From: Candidatus Gottesmanbacteria bacterium GW2011_GWC1_43_10
Lineage (GTDB): Bacteria > Patescibacteriota > Microgenomatia > UBA10105
Assembly: GCA_000995415.1 (NCBI GenBank)
Contig: LCEX01000016.1
Coordinates: 1 to 54,736, forward strand
DNA length: 54,736 nucleotides
Direction: 5' to 3'
Positions 19,101 to 27,112 of the stretch are shown here, one piece after another. The notes beneath the pieces were generated by a model. The model made no database searches. It was not told the origin of the DNA and saw only the letters and a program-made list of their open reading frames with translations. Both the position numbers and the translations under genes were made by a program. How positions within the stretch are numbered: the first letter of the stretch is position 1; every line of letters starts with the position of its first letter.

Positions 19101-19680
19101 CAGTATTTATGATTTAGCCGGAGGACCTACGGCATCAGGTAGCGCGGTTTTGGGTATTTCAACTGAAGATGCGACCATTTCCGGAAATCTTTTAGTCGGC
19201 GGCCGAAGTAATTTATCCGATGTGGGTATAACAGGCAGACTGACCATGGGAGTCTTAACCATCGACGGCTTGGATATGGACAGCTCGAGTTCGGCTACCA
19301 TCAATACGCTTTCCGGTCCACTTAAACTCCAATCATTGGGCCTAGCTGGCATAGATATTCTAAACGGCAAAGTCACGATTGACCAAAACGGCAATATGAA
19401 AGTCCTGGGCGACCTGACTGTGTCGGGCAATTTGACTGCCCAAAAACTGATCATGCAGGGGGATAGCGTCGGAGAGGCCACAGTTTCTGCGGGAAAGGTG
19501 TCAACCGAAGTTAAAACACCTTTGGTTACTGATAAATCCCATATATTTACGAGTTTGCGCTCGCTGACCGGCAAGCAAAGCCTGTTTATTTCAAATATTG
19601 CGCCCAATGTTTCCTTCACCGTCAGCCTCGAAGAAATATTTACCAAAGATGTGACGTTTGATTGGTGGGTGGTGAACTAA
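13120..19680 (+). CDS. Giant exported fibre/adhesin-like protein with CBM-like domain and peptidase S74 chaperone
   Basis: Signal peptide (AQA-W), CBM4/9-like NLLRNTSFE, repeated GNVGIGT, NxAxGYxAL repeats, SDQRLKENI..GVIAQDV..NAVKEL, coiled coil. Confidence 0.85.
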   Translation: MQECSRKLKTSITAILFMVFLLLPRTAQAWELSLPKPWFPTPKFSLPKITLPQFRLPQLSLNFFKWFTLSGVKRFTLSGVEGFVPNEAKNLEADKTPEETEKFKLVVLQELAKLYQYKKDQGEKVLAVDTQAITITEFNAADSNLLRNTSFEAEVSDVPRQWTYMLDSHAGNTFTTEEGIHSGYYGLKFLGSGNGNFGISQPDTKTVPERNYTYSAYIKVLNAPKFTVRLGFWDEHLNRYGKLKEFTFSGTKDWVRINMSAATNGIITDSKNWYPIFEVHGLTSGTVYLDDLMIEEGSVLTTYDSGQASNNGIILGSNGSILSNYNGNIYPAVPSVGSLGTANNKWLSLNLDKGSIDKDGHLTLEGGANIKGSTTLGDATSDTVKVNARFNSDLVPDTTGTYSLGSSSLYWSNMYVNNLYTNSSGTSGFWQRNSQALSPTTISDDLLLGATATASALIKFTGTSGSNSWINTGNVGIGTTAPSAKLDVSGTLTVTGSNLTTLGGNLTVTGTAWTATPTISGLITATSGLTANGALTANSTFTLGDDGDLGSINTSVWDITTGGVASGLTGITSSGTINFSGLTASSGVYTDASKNLTSTPPTSGTAGYWTRTAGNLYPANTNDTLSATTSAAVALTITQTGVFNALLVEDAASDTTPFVIDQSGNVGIGTTVPDAALEINHATGDSLRLTYNDSDGSATNYTDFSLGSTGELTLTGSAATLGAGASAEKTFLTLTPGTITLTAPTQVTSLMETVAITGATLAADSALTVDKATALSLSAPVDSTNVTLTASSALRILNSPSGAGTLSGQAGIYIDSLSAGVVDYGIFITAADSYALYAAADDVAILDDLFVGATTETITHGDFSLDGDDAFISGTLGVESTIYTDGDVDIAGGDVTTANTTATLFNSTATTLSLGGAATTLNLGATTGTTTIANDLTIGNATTDAITFTGRVAVDSDLLPIGTTGTNDLGSSALPWDNVYAVAFTENGTALSGTYAPINANFVTVTANATLTGETGIDALTTAISTTSTLNVDDASTLNAVTIDANANLTLSSGTGLYSQTFTGTSTDAFTITAASLTSGSGLVLTGPSSTGITDHFVKLTSDVGSGAALIYGAPDFSGAGVTGYGLNITGTDATAATNTDYGVYSSLALTGNAAKTGVGLYSTLSTSSTTADTLIGADLITSTSGIITTGTRSIYGLRSQPASTGASTGGTTNVYGGYLKPGGVVGTDGTINSYGLYVANGTFDTTGTSTNIGLYVESPTGADTNYAAIFAGGNVGIGITAPTSPLHVVATTDVASVGSDLVTNGAFTGNATGWTLGLGGGNPDWYYNSNNVSHADGGGTATLEPTTPLTVTAGSSYLVVYTVSGYSAGTVTASIGGTNGTTISSNISSYAQVLIATNTTNLKFTPTTTFVGTIDTVSVKLITVAPATMTIANSAGTTSPVELRSGGNALYNTFIGSGSGQHDTTGNYNAAVGYQAFYSNTSGNSNAALGYMALKSNTTGVENNAVGKEALSNNTTGFENSAVGFQALYSNTSGYENNAMGYRSLYNNSIGYYNNAIGNYALFSNTTGYSNSALGYTALYYTQTGSANTAVGLEAGWGSINSSFSNNSLFGYKAGRNLSTGSNNILLGYQAGDALTTGANNIVIGYDIDAPAATSANILNIGNLIFGTALDGSGTTISTGNVGIKDSSPDYLLELYDATNTPAFALSDDDIGHGVTTIAETDAFFHLSSISTTDGGAQITGLADATGIALGLKGVQSSNPTDTTPAISLIGTKASGTGVVDLLAAETVLQIANNDDTAAITVLGDGKVGLGDATPSYQLELSTDSAGKPTSNTWTIVSDQRLKENIAAFSDGLAVLNKINPVSYELNGKAGTPAGAPGIGVIAQDVKDIIPYTISTFKGDLDGVETELYSFNSSALTFVTINAVKELSAKIDSLGNVISTSQLAANDTIAMTTLEAKISALADSLSLTQQDVATASATITDLLKRIEILETQSSIYDLAGGPTASGSAVLGISTEDATISGNLLVGGRSNLSDVGITGRLTMGVLTIDGLDMDSSSSATINTLSGPLKLQSLGLAGIDILNGKVTIDQNGNMKVLGDLTVSGNLTAQKLIMQGDSVGEATVSAGKVSTEVKTPLVTDKSHIFTSLRSLTGKQSLFISNIAPNVSFTVSLEEIFTKDVTFDWWVVN
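13316..13363 (+). repeat. In-frame tandem pair of ACCCTGAGCGGAGTCGAAGG palindromic unit
   Basis: 24-bp unit x2, encoding WFTLSGVKRFTLSGVEG. Confidence 0.85.
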
Positions 19681-19687
19681 ATTTTTG

Positions 19688-19777
19688 GAGCCTGTTTGGA
19701 AACTCCCAACAATGTCATTCCGAGTCCCTTATTCACCGGGAAAGAAATGACAAAAAAGCTAATTTCCAAACAGACCA
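19688..19777. mobile_element. Short MITE with GAGCCTGTTTG ends
   Basis: gagcctgtttggaaact ... aatttccaaacagacc; same ends as 40401 and 50533. Confidence 0.65.
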
Positions 19778-19817
19778 TTAGATACCGTTCTAAGTAATCG
19801 CGAAACCCAACTATAAT

Positions 19818-20207
19818 TTATCTTTTCTGATTGTGGGCAGTGAGTTTCCACACCAACCATTGCACCAGATTTAAGATAAATCCCAACATCACCGCCACCC
19901 AGGCATTGGCTACCCCAACTCCGGTCAGATCAGCATAGCGGGCAAGCACCCACACGCCCAAGACATTTACGAATAGAAAAACCAAAGCCCATTGCCACTC
20001 ATCTTTCAGTTTGATTTTGAGTGCATCAAATACTGGCATGGTTAAAGTGTCTGCCACAGTCAGTAAAAAGCCGCTGATTAAACTTGCCAAAAATGGGGCT
20101 AAACGCGCGTTGCCGGTGATCACGAGGCCCACAAACACAAACGGCGCAAAATAGAAAATGATGCTATTGACCAGCCAAAAAGCGATCAAAACCTGCGGAT
20201 TTTTCAT
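19818..20207 (-). CDS. Four-TM membrane protein, hypothetical
   Basis: Four hydrophobic helices. Confidence 0.75.
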   Translation of the reverse strand: MKNPQVLIAFWLVNSIIFYFAPFVFVGLVITGNARLAPFLASLISGFLLTVADTLTMPVFDALKIKLKDEWQWALVFLFVNVLGVWVLARYADLTGVGVANAWVAVMLGFILNLVQWLVWKLTAHNQKR

Positions 20208-20296
20208 AAATTTCACCACCTTTCCCTAAGAAAAAACTATTCCTAAACTATTGTATGCATGTTTGGGGAAACTTGCAAAGGGTATATAATACAAGC

Positions 20297-21064
20297 ATGA
20301 AATACGATCTGCGGGTTCCGATTCAATCGGGAAATTTACTGGAAGTAGTGCAGGATGTGCCGGAAAAAGGGATGCGTTTTCCGACGGTTTTACTAGTACC
20401 GGGATTTGGTATGGACTTACATGAGTCCGGCTATTTTGATCAGGCGAGTGATATTCTGGTCCGAAACGGGTTTCAGACATTTCGCTTTAGTTTCAGCGGC
20501 ACGGGCAAATCCCAAGGAAATTTCGTTGATATGACGCTCACTAAACAAGCGGATGAACTGCGGGAGGTATTAAAGAGCATTAAAACCGACAGATTCACCA
20601 ATCCCAGGAAAATCGGGATATTGGCCCAATCCTTTGGTTCGGTGGCGGCAATTGCTGCCCAGCCTTTGGCTGGAATCAAATCTTATGTTTTCACCAGTGC
20701 TCCGGCCGATCCGTACCAGTCTTTGGAAAAATGGTTTAAACGACAGCGTGGATACAACCCCGAGGGGATTTCGGAAATTGAACGTACTGATAAACGGATC
20801 ACTCGGGTGGGACGGGAGTTTTGGCAAAATTTAAAACAGCACGATTTATCAAAGCAAATGCAGCATATCAAGGAGCCCATCAAACTGATTTATGGGGGCA
20901 AAGATATCCGGATCAAACCCTGGGAATTTCAAGATTTATACGTGCATGCTTCCGGACGCAAAAATTTGGTAGTAGTGGAAAAGTCCAATCACGCATTTAC
21001 TGGTAAAGCGAGACCCGTGGTTTTAGCCTTGATTGCAGAATGGTTCAATGAAACTTTGCGCTAA
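20297..21064 (+). CDS. Alpha/beta hydrolase
   Basis: VPGFG, RFSFSGTGKSQG, AQSFG nucleophile elbow, GGKD, NHAF; start ATG 20297. Confidence 0.88.
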   Translation: MKYDLRVPIQSGNLLEVVQDVPEKGMRFPTVLLVPGFGMDLHESGYFDQASDILVRNGFQTFRFSFSGTGKSQGNFVDMTLTKQADELREVLKSIKTDRFTNPRKIGILAQSFGSVAAIAAQPLAGIKSYVFTSAPADPYQSLEKWFKRQRGYNPEGISEIERTDKRITRVGREFWQNLKQHDLSKQMQHIKEPIKLIYGGKDIRIKPWEFQDLYVHASGRKNLVVVEKSNHAFTGKARPVVLALIAEWFNETLR

Positions 21065-22086
21065 TGTTTTTTGGTTAGGTGATAGCGCTTACTTGCAGCT
21101 TCTAAAATAGCCAGTAGCATCGAATTGTATGAATATCCGGCAACTCGGGCAGCAATCGGAAAATAAGAAATGATATCTTCCCCCGGGATCAAACCCGGCA
21201 TAGTATTTATTTCGAGTACATGTGGTTTCCCATTTTTATCTAACCTGATATCGACACGTGCTACATCGCGGCAATTGAGGGCAGCAAATGTATCTTGGGA
21301 AATATTCTGTATCTCTTTTTCTAAATCAGGGTTCAACTTAGCTGGACAATCATAGGCGATACGGGGGTCAGACAACGTATCTTCCCACAGCCACTTGACT
21401 TCGTAAGAGGCAAATTTTTGCAAATTTGAAGGGAGGCGATCGAGTCTTTGTTCAATGATTGGTAAGGTTTGAGGCGGATTTCCCAAGAGAGCCACCGTAA
21501 ATTCACGACCGGGCAAAAATTCTTCGACCAACACTGGTTGGGAAAAGGCTTTAAATAACCAACGCAAGCGCTCACGCAGCTGTTTTTCATTTTTGACCAG
21601 ATTGGCATTTAAAATTCCTTTACTCGAGCCTTCAGCATTGGGTTTAAGTAAGAGCGGATATTGAAAATGAGAATTGATCGGTTCATTGGGACGGGAAAAT
21701 AACTGAAATTCGGGGGTGCGAATACCGTGATACAGTAGGACTTTTTTGGTGAGGGCTTTATCAAGTTTGATCGCATTGGTTAGGGCACTCGAATGGGTAT
21801 AGGGAATTTCCAAGATGTCGCAAAAAATTGGAACTTGAGCTTCTCTGGCATCACCATACATCCCTTCAGCGATATTAAAAACGATATCGAGACGGTTTTG
21901 TAGCTTATACAGTTTCAAATAGCATTCTTGGTCAGCCTCGATTTCAATGACTTTGTGGCCGCCACTTATAAGTGCAGCTTTGATCGCAGCGATGGTTTCT
22001 GGAGCATCATATTCGGCATCAGTTTGAGCCGTCGGGTCGGTGGAAGGCGCGTTGGTTTTGACGTTGAAACACAGGCCAATTACCAT
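21061..22086 (-). CDS. D-Ala-D-Ala ligase-like ATP-grasp enzyme
   Basis: FNIAEG, DKALTK, KPNAEGSSKG, EEFLPGREF, RVDIR and LEINTMPG. Confidence 0.88.
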   Translation of the reverse strand: MVIGLCFNVKTNAPSTDPTAQTDAEYDAPETIAAIKAALISGGHKVIEIEADQECYLKLYKLQNRLDIVFNIAEGMYGDAREAQVPIFCDILEIPYTHSSALTNAIKLDKALTKKVLLYHGIRTPEFQLFSRPNEPINSHFQYPLLLKPNAEGSSKGILNANLVKNEKQLRERLRWLFKAFSQPVLVEEFLPGREFTVALLGNPPQTLPIIEQRLDRLPSNLQKFASYEVKWLWEDTLSDPRIAYDCPAKLNPDLEKEIQNISQDTFAALNCRDVARVDIRLDKNGKPHVLEINTMPGLIPGEDIISYFPIAARVAGYSYNSMLLAILEAASKRYHLTKKH

Positions 22087-22157
22087 AAAAAACTATACTA
22101 ACATATTCATATACCGATTGCATCTGTAAATGCATCGTGTATATAATTCTCAGAACT

Positions 22158-22736
22158 ATGGCGCAACCTGTGGTGATTGACGTGGAGACTCAGTTGACCT
22201 TTCGGGATGTTGGGGGATATATTCCACAGAAATTGAAAATTTCGGTGGCCGGGTTATTTGACTATGCTACCAATACTTATTTAACTTTTACCGAAAGTGA
22301 ACTACCAAAACTTTTTCCATATCTTGAGCATGCTTCGGAAGTCATCGGCTTTAATATCGTTGATTTTGATTTACCAGCCTTGAATCCTTATTATATAGGT
22401 GAGCTGGCGCGTTTGCCCACGATTGATTTACTAAAACACATTGAAAAAAGTTTGGGTTTCCGGATCGCGCTTGATGATCTAGTAAGAGAAACCCTAAATG
22501 CCCATAAAACCGGACATGGACTCTTGGCAATAGAATATTTCAAAAATCAGGAATGGGAAAAGCTGAAAACTTATTGTTTGTCTGATGTGAAATTGACTAA
22601 AGAACTATATGAATATGGAAAAACCCATGGGAAAGTCTTTTACAAAGCTCCTGCCGGCAGAAGAGAAATCAGTGTCAATTGGGGACAGCCACGTGCGAGT
22701 TCAAGCGCCAACGTCAATTTGACGTTGCCTTGGTAG
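22158..22736 (+). CDS. RNase H-like 3'-5' exonuclease domain protein (YprB/DEDDy-like)
   Basis: DVETQ, GFNIVDFD and YCLSDV. Confidence 0.82.
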   Translation: MAQPVVIDVETQLTFRDVGGYIPQKLKISVAGLFDYATNTYLTFTESELPKLFPYLEHASEVIGFNIVDFDLPALNPYYIGELARLPTIDLLKHIEKSLGFRIALDDLVRETLNAHKTGHGLLAIEYFKNQEWEKLKTYCLSDVKLTKELYEYGKTHGKVFYKAPAGRREISVNWGQPRASSSANVNLTLPW

Positions 22737-22785
22737 ATGGCCATACTTTTTGCAAAAGCCTAAGTTGGTATATAATTCATCATCT

Positions 22786-23532
22786 ATGGACAAGACCATC
22801 TCCTTAACTATTAAAAACCTCTATGTATCTATCGAAGACAAAACCATACTTCACGGAATTGATTTAATTATCAAATCGAGAGAACTACATGTGGTGATGG
22901 GACCAAATGGCAGTGGCAAATCAACCTTGACTTATGCGCTGATGGGACACCCGAATTACAAGTTCAAAGATCAAAGTTCAAAGATCAAAGTAAATAATAC
23001 CCTAATTAATACATTAGCTCCTCATGAACGGGCAAAATTAGGTTTGATGTTGGCATTTCAAAACCCATTGGCCGTTCCCGGAGTGACTTTAGGTAGTTTT
23101 TTGCGAACTGCTTACCGGGAACTTTATAAAAATGAAAAAATAGACCTGATTTCCCTGCATAGGCAAATTCAACAAACCGCCAAAGACTTGCGTCTTGATG
23201 AAGCGTTTTTGAAGCGGGCAATCAACGATGGATTTTCCGGAGGCGAAAAGAAAAAAGCCGAGATGTTACAGCTCATTACCTTAAAACCCAAATTTGCGAT
23301 CTTTGATGAGATTGATACTGGACTTGATGTCGATGCTTTAAAATCTGTGGCAAATGGCATTGAGCTTTTGCAAAAACAAGGAACCGGGATTTTGCTGATC
23401 ACCCATTATCAACGGATATTAAATTATTTAAAACCCACTCATGTGCATATTATGAAATCGGGCAAATTGGTCAAAAGTGGCGGGGCAGAACTCGTCAAAA
23501 TAGTTGAGGCAAAAGGCTATGCAGACTTTTAG
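22786..23532 (+). CDS. sufC: Fe-S assembly ATPase SufC
   Basis: GPNGSGKST, GFSGGEKKK, DEIDTGLDVDAL, ITHYQRIL. Confidence 0.96.
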   Translation: MDKTISLTIKNLYVSIEDKTILHGIDLIIKSRELHVVMGPNGSGKSTLTYALMGHPNYKFKDQSSKIKVNNTLINTLAPHERAKLGLMLAFQNPLAVPGVTLGSFLRTAYRELYKNEKIDLISLHRQIQQTAKDLRLDEAFLKRAINDGFSGGEKKKAEMLQLITLKPKFAIFDEIDTGLDVDALKSVANGIELLQKQGTGILLITHYQRILNYLKPTHVHIMKSGKLVKSGGAELVKIVEAKGYADF

Positions 23533-25984
23533 CGGATTAGATAATTACAAATACGGGTTTAGTAAACCGGAAAACTATGTTTTCAAATCCAAAAAAGGGT
23601 TGGACGAGCGCGTGGTAGCCAATATTTCCTGGCATAAAAATGAGCCTGACTGGATGCGGCAGTTTAGGCTGAAGTCCTATCAAATTTTTTTAAATAAAAC
23701 TCTGCCGATTTGGGGAGGAGATTTGTCCCACATAAATTTCCAAGACATTTTTTATTATATAAAGCCAACAAAAGACAAAGCCGCCTCTTGGGAAGAATTG
23801 CCGCCGGAAATAAAAGATACTTACGACCGCATCGGCATGCCTGAGGCGGAGAAGAAATTTTTGGCCGGAGTTTCAGCCCAGTACGAAAGTGAAGTGGTAT
23901 ATAAAAGTATCCAAAAAACTTTATCCCAAAAAGGAGTCGTATTTTTGGATATGGATTCGGGGTTGCGCGAGTATCCGGAACTCGTTAAAAAATATTTTGG
24001 AACGATCATCCCTCCGGGAGATAATAAATTTTCAGCCCTAAATAGTGCCGTCTGGTCAGGCGGATCATTTATTTATGTACCAAAAGGGGTTCGTGTTGAA
24101 CTTCCTCTTCAAGCTTACTTCCGAATTAACGCCGCCAACATGGGTCAGTTTGAGCGAACATTAATTATCGCCGACGAAGGCAGTTACGTGCATTACGTGG
24201 AGGGATGTTTTCCTGCAGGCGAACAGATCAGTACCGGTGACCAATGGGTGAATATTGAAAGTATTAAACCAAAAGACTTAGTAGCAGATGACCAAGGGAA
24301 ATTACGAAGAGTAAAATCGGTGATGACTCGCCCCTACACCGGAGATCTGATCGAAGTGACCCCGATTTCCGCTTACAACAAATTTAGTTTAACTCCCGAG
24401 CATCCGGTTTTGGCTATTAAGCGTAGAGAAGTACTCGTAAAACGAAAGCAACGAAAAAATTGGCAAAGAGAAGTAAACTCAAAAATTCTGTTAAATGTAA
24501 AACCAAAATATCTTCCGGCACGTGAATTGGAAGTAGGCGATTTTATCATCTATCCCAAGATCAAAACAACTGCAAATGATTTGTGGTCCCGTGAAACAAT
24601 GCGACTATTGGGTTACTACTTGGCAGAAGGTTCAGCTTATATCCATAAGCAGTTGAAGATGCATATCGTCAGTTTCTCTCTAGGTGAAAATGAAACAGAG
24701 ATCATTGATGAGGTTACTCAATTAATTACAAAAACTACCGGTAAAAAACCTATGAAAATTTGGGATAAAAAAAAGCACGGCATGGAAATCAGAGTTTACT
24801 CCAAAGAACTTTACGAATTGTGTTTAAAAACATGTGGTAAAGGAGCTGCGACCAAAAAACTAAGTAAAGAAATCATGGAAGTTTCTGATGATCATGTTGA
24901 GCAATTGCTTCAAACTTACTTTTTAGGAGACGGAAATATCTGCAAAAAAGGCAGTAGCGTGATGTGTCGAGCAGCTACCGTATCAGAGCAACTGGCACGT
25001 CAACTTCAGGAACTGTTAGCCAGATTAGGAATGTATGCAAGTATTTTTATCCGCAAAGGCGGTAAAGATGTGATTGCCGGTAGAGTCATTACCAGGAAAG
25101 ACCAATTTATTATCGTTTATACCAAAAACAAGCGTATAGGCGAAGTCCGGGAAAGCCATGATTATTTTATTGTACCAGTCAAGTTAATAAGAAAAATTCC
25201 CTATACAGGTTTTGTATTCAATATGGAAGTTGCTGATACCAACTCTTATTTGGTACGCGGTTTTGCAGTCCACAATTGTACAGCCCCAATTTATACTACT
25301 GATTCTCTTCATTCGGCAGTGGTTGAGATCATTGTCAAAAAGGGCGCGCGGGTTCGTTACACTACGATTCAAAATTGGTCCACCAATGTTTACAATCTCG
25401 TTACCAAACGGATGCGCGTTGAGGAAGAAGGAATTGGGGAGTGGGTTGATGGGAATTTGGGTTCTAAGCTGACTATGAAATACCCGAGTGTATATTTAGT
25501 CGGGCGAAAAGCGCGAGGTGAAGTTTTATCTATCGCTTATGCCGGTCCGGGTCAACATCAGGATGCAGGTGGCAAAGCTATTCATTTGGCCTCAGAAACA
25601 ACATCTCGCATTACTTCAAAGTCTATTTCCAAAGGCGGGGGACGGACCTCTTATCGGGGACTACTGCATGTGATTCCTTCAGCTAAAAATGTGAAATCAA
25701 AAGTCGTTTGCGATGCGCTTCTACTTGATGAAACATCGCGTTCGGATACATATCCCACCATGAAGATCCACTCACAAGATGTGCAAATTGAACATGAAGC
25801 CACAGTTTCCAAAATTGGGGAAGAACAGCTCTTTTATTTACAGAGTCGAGGACTCACCAAGGAACTAGCAGAAGCCATGATTGTAAATGGTTTTATTGAG
25901 CCGATTGTCAAAGAACTTCCACTCGAATATGCGGTTGAAATGAATCGGCTAATTGAACTACAGATGGAAGGCAGTGTGGGGTAA
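23519..25984 (+). CDS. sufB: Fe-S assembly protein SufB, intein-containing
   Basis: AQYESE, GQFERT, HYVEG/CTAP and EGSVG terminus. Confidence 0.96.
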   Translation: MQTFSGLDNYKYGFSKPENYVFKSKKGLDERVVANISWHKNEPDWMRQFRLKSYQIFLNKTLPIWGGDLSHINFQDIFYYIKPTKDKAASWEELPPEIKDTYDRIGMPEAEKKFLAGVSAQYESEVVYKSIQKTLSQKGVVFLDMDSGLREYPELVKKYFGTIIPPGDNKFSALNSAVWSGGSFIYVPKGVRVELPLQAYFRINAANMGQFERTLIIADEGSYVHYVEGCFPAGEQISTGDQWVNIESIKPKDLVADDQGKLRRVKSVMTRPYTGDLIEVTPISAYNKFSLTPEHPVLAIKRREVLVKRKQRKNWQREVNSKILLNVKPKYLPARELEVGDFIIYPKIKTTANDLWSRETMRLLGYYLAEGSAYIHKQLKMHIVSFSLGENETEIIDEVTQLITKTTGKKPMKIWDKKKHGMEIRVYSKELYELCLKTCGKGAATKKLSKEIMEVSDDHVEQLLQTYFLGDGNICKKGSSVMCRAATVSEQLARQLQELLARLGMYASIFIRKGGKDVIAGRVITRKDQFIIVYTKNKRIGEVRESHDYFIVPVKLIRKIPYTGFVFNMEVADTNSYLVRGFAVHNCTAPIYTTDSLHSAVVEIIVKKGARVRYTTIQNWSTNVYNLVTKRMRVEEEGIGEWVDGNLGSKLTMKYPSVYLVGRKARGEVLSIAYAGPGQHQDAGGKAIHLASETTSRITSKSISKGGGRTSYRGLLHVIPSAKNVKSKVVCDALLLDETSRSDTYPTMKIHSQDVQIEHEATVSKIGEEQLFYLQSRGLTKELAEAMIVNGFIEPIVKELPLEYAVEMNRLIELQMEGSVG
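24206..25276 (+). mobile_element. 357-aa intein with LAGLIDADG homing endonuclease
   Basis: G|CFPAG start, TPEHP block B, LLGYYLAEG and LQTYFLGDG, VHN|C end. Confidence 0.95.
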
Positions 25985-25985
25985 T

Positions 25986-26059
25986 AACTCACCCCAACCC
26001 TCTCTTAATTTAAGAGAGGGAATTCCTCCTCTTAAGATAAGAGGAGGTTAGGAGGAGTT
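25986..26059. repeat. CCCTCNC/GGGAGG paired-hairpin repeat
   Basis: ccctctcttaatttaagagaggg + cctcctcttaagataagaggagg; relatives at 29668-29760 and 38705-38742. Confidence 0.8.
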
Positions 26060-26674
26060 ATGAAGTTAATGAAAACAATTATTCAACAATTAGATCAAAT
26101 AAGCTCTCCACAAACTTTTACTGTGAGCATAAACCAACACTTAACGCTTATTCTTCTAGCAACAAAAAGCACAGATTATGTAACTGAGGTAGTTTTGAGT
26201 GGTGATGGTGCAAGCGCCGACATTTTTGGAATTGTTTTGGGTAATGAAAGTCATGTTATTAAAATTAACACTCTCCAAGATCACCAAGCTCCTCATACGA
26301 CTAGTAACTTACTTATTAAAAGTGTTTTAGCTGGTCGTAGTCAGTTGAAATACGAAGGTTTTATCAAAGTGCGCAAAGACGCGCAACTAACCAATGCTTA
26401 TCAGCGCAATGAAAATTTGATGTTGTCACCTGAAGCCAAAGCCGAGTCAAAACCGGCTCTTGAAATTCTAGCCAATGATGTGAGGTGTACACACAGCGCG
26501 ACCATTGGCAAAGTCGATCCGGAACAGTTGTTTTATCTCCAAAGCCGAGGGATAAGTGTAAAAAAAGCGACCCAACTCATTGTTGAGGGATTTTTCGATG
26601 TTATACTGAGTAAAATACAGGACCAAAAACTTAGGCAATCAATTTATAATACTGTTGGTTTGTTGGTGCAGTAA
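26060..26674 (+). CDS. sufD: SufD-like protein (short)
   Basis: KPALEILANDVRCTHSAT, FYLQSRG. Confidence 0.88.
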   Translation: MKLMKTIIQQLDQISSPQTFTVSINQHLTLILLATKSTDYVTEVVLSGDGASADIFGIVLGNESHVIKINTLQDHQAPHTTSNLLIKSVLAGRSQLKYEGFIKVRKDAQLTNAYQRNENLMLSPEAKAESKPALEILANDVRCTHSATIGKVDPEQLFYLQSRGISVKKATQLIVEGFFDVILSKIQDQKLRQSIYNTVGLLVQ

Positions 26675-26697
26675 GCAAATAGTCAAAGGTATCTGTT

Positions 26698-26952
26698 ATG
26701 AAATGGTGGATAATTATTATTGTGCCATTATTGCTAGGAGCATGGATAGCATATTCTCTTGAAAAACCGTGTCTATCTGGTGGTGGTCTTCCACCACCTT
26801 CAGATGTGAAAGAAACTCACGTCCGAAATTGTACCTGTCTGGGATTTTTGCAGCTTATTTATTCAGGGCCAACACAAAGAGGCATTACTGATTCATACAT
26901 CACTGAAGAAAAATGTATAGGTTTAAGGCTTCCAATAAATAGTTCATTCTGA
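26698..26952 (+). CDS. Small exported Cys-rich protein
   Basis: Signal/TM segment followed by 4 Cys (CTCLG, CIG). Confidence 0.6.
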   Translation: MKWWIIIIVPLLLGAWIAYSLEKPCLSGGGLPPPSDVKETHVRNCTCLGFLQLIYSGPTQRGITDSYITEEKCIGLRLPINSSF

Positions 26953-27112
26953 AAATCAGAGTTGCAGCAACGAATGAAATTCGACCGGGAAGCATGAAAT
27001 AAATTCGAGCTGCAGGAAAAGCGATACTATTAACCAACTTGGATGGAACAGTCAAGTTGGAAAGTGATGAGATATACATCGAAGTATAAATTTGTTCAAC
27101 TCTGTCGTTAAT

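Noticed and set aside
14346-19646. Multiple minus-strand ORFs within the giant gene
   Set aside because: Antisense shadows of Thr/Gly/Ala-rich codons; Val/Pro-rich with no motifs
6046-19680. Prophage, suggested by BRO-N and S74 domains
   Set aside because: No terminase, capsid, portal or integrase; the S74 protein has a signal peptide
21061-22086. Naming this gene ddl
   Set aside because: Lacks the canonical N-terminal GGxSxE motif; belongs to a Ddl-like ATP-grasp subfamily of uncertain substrate
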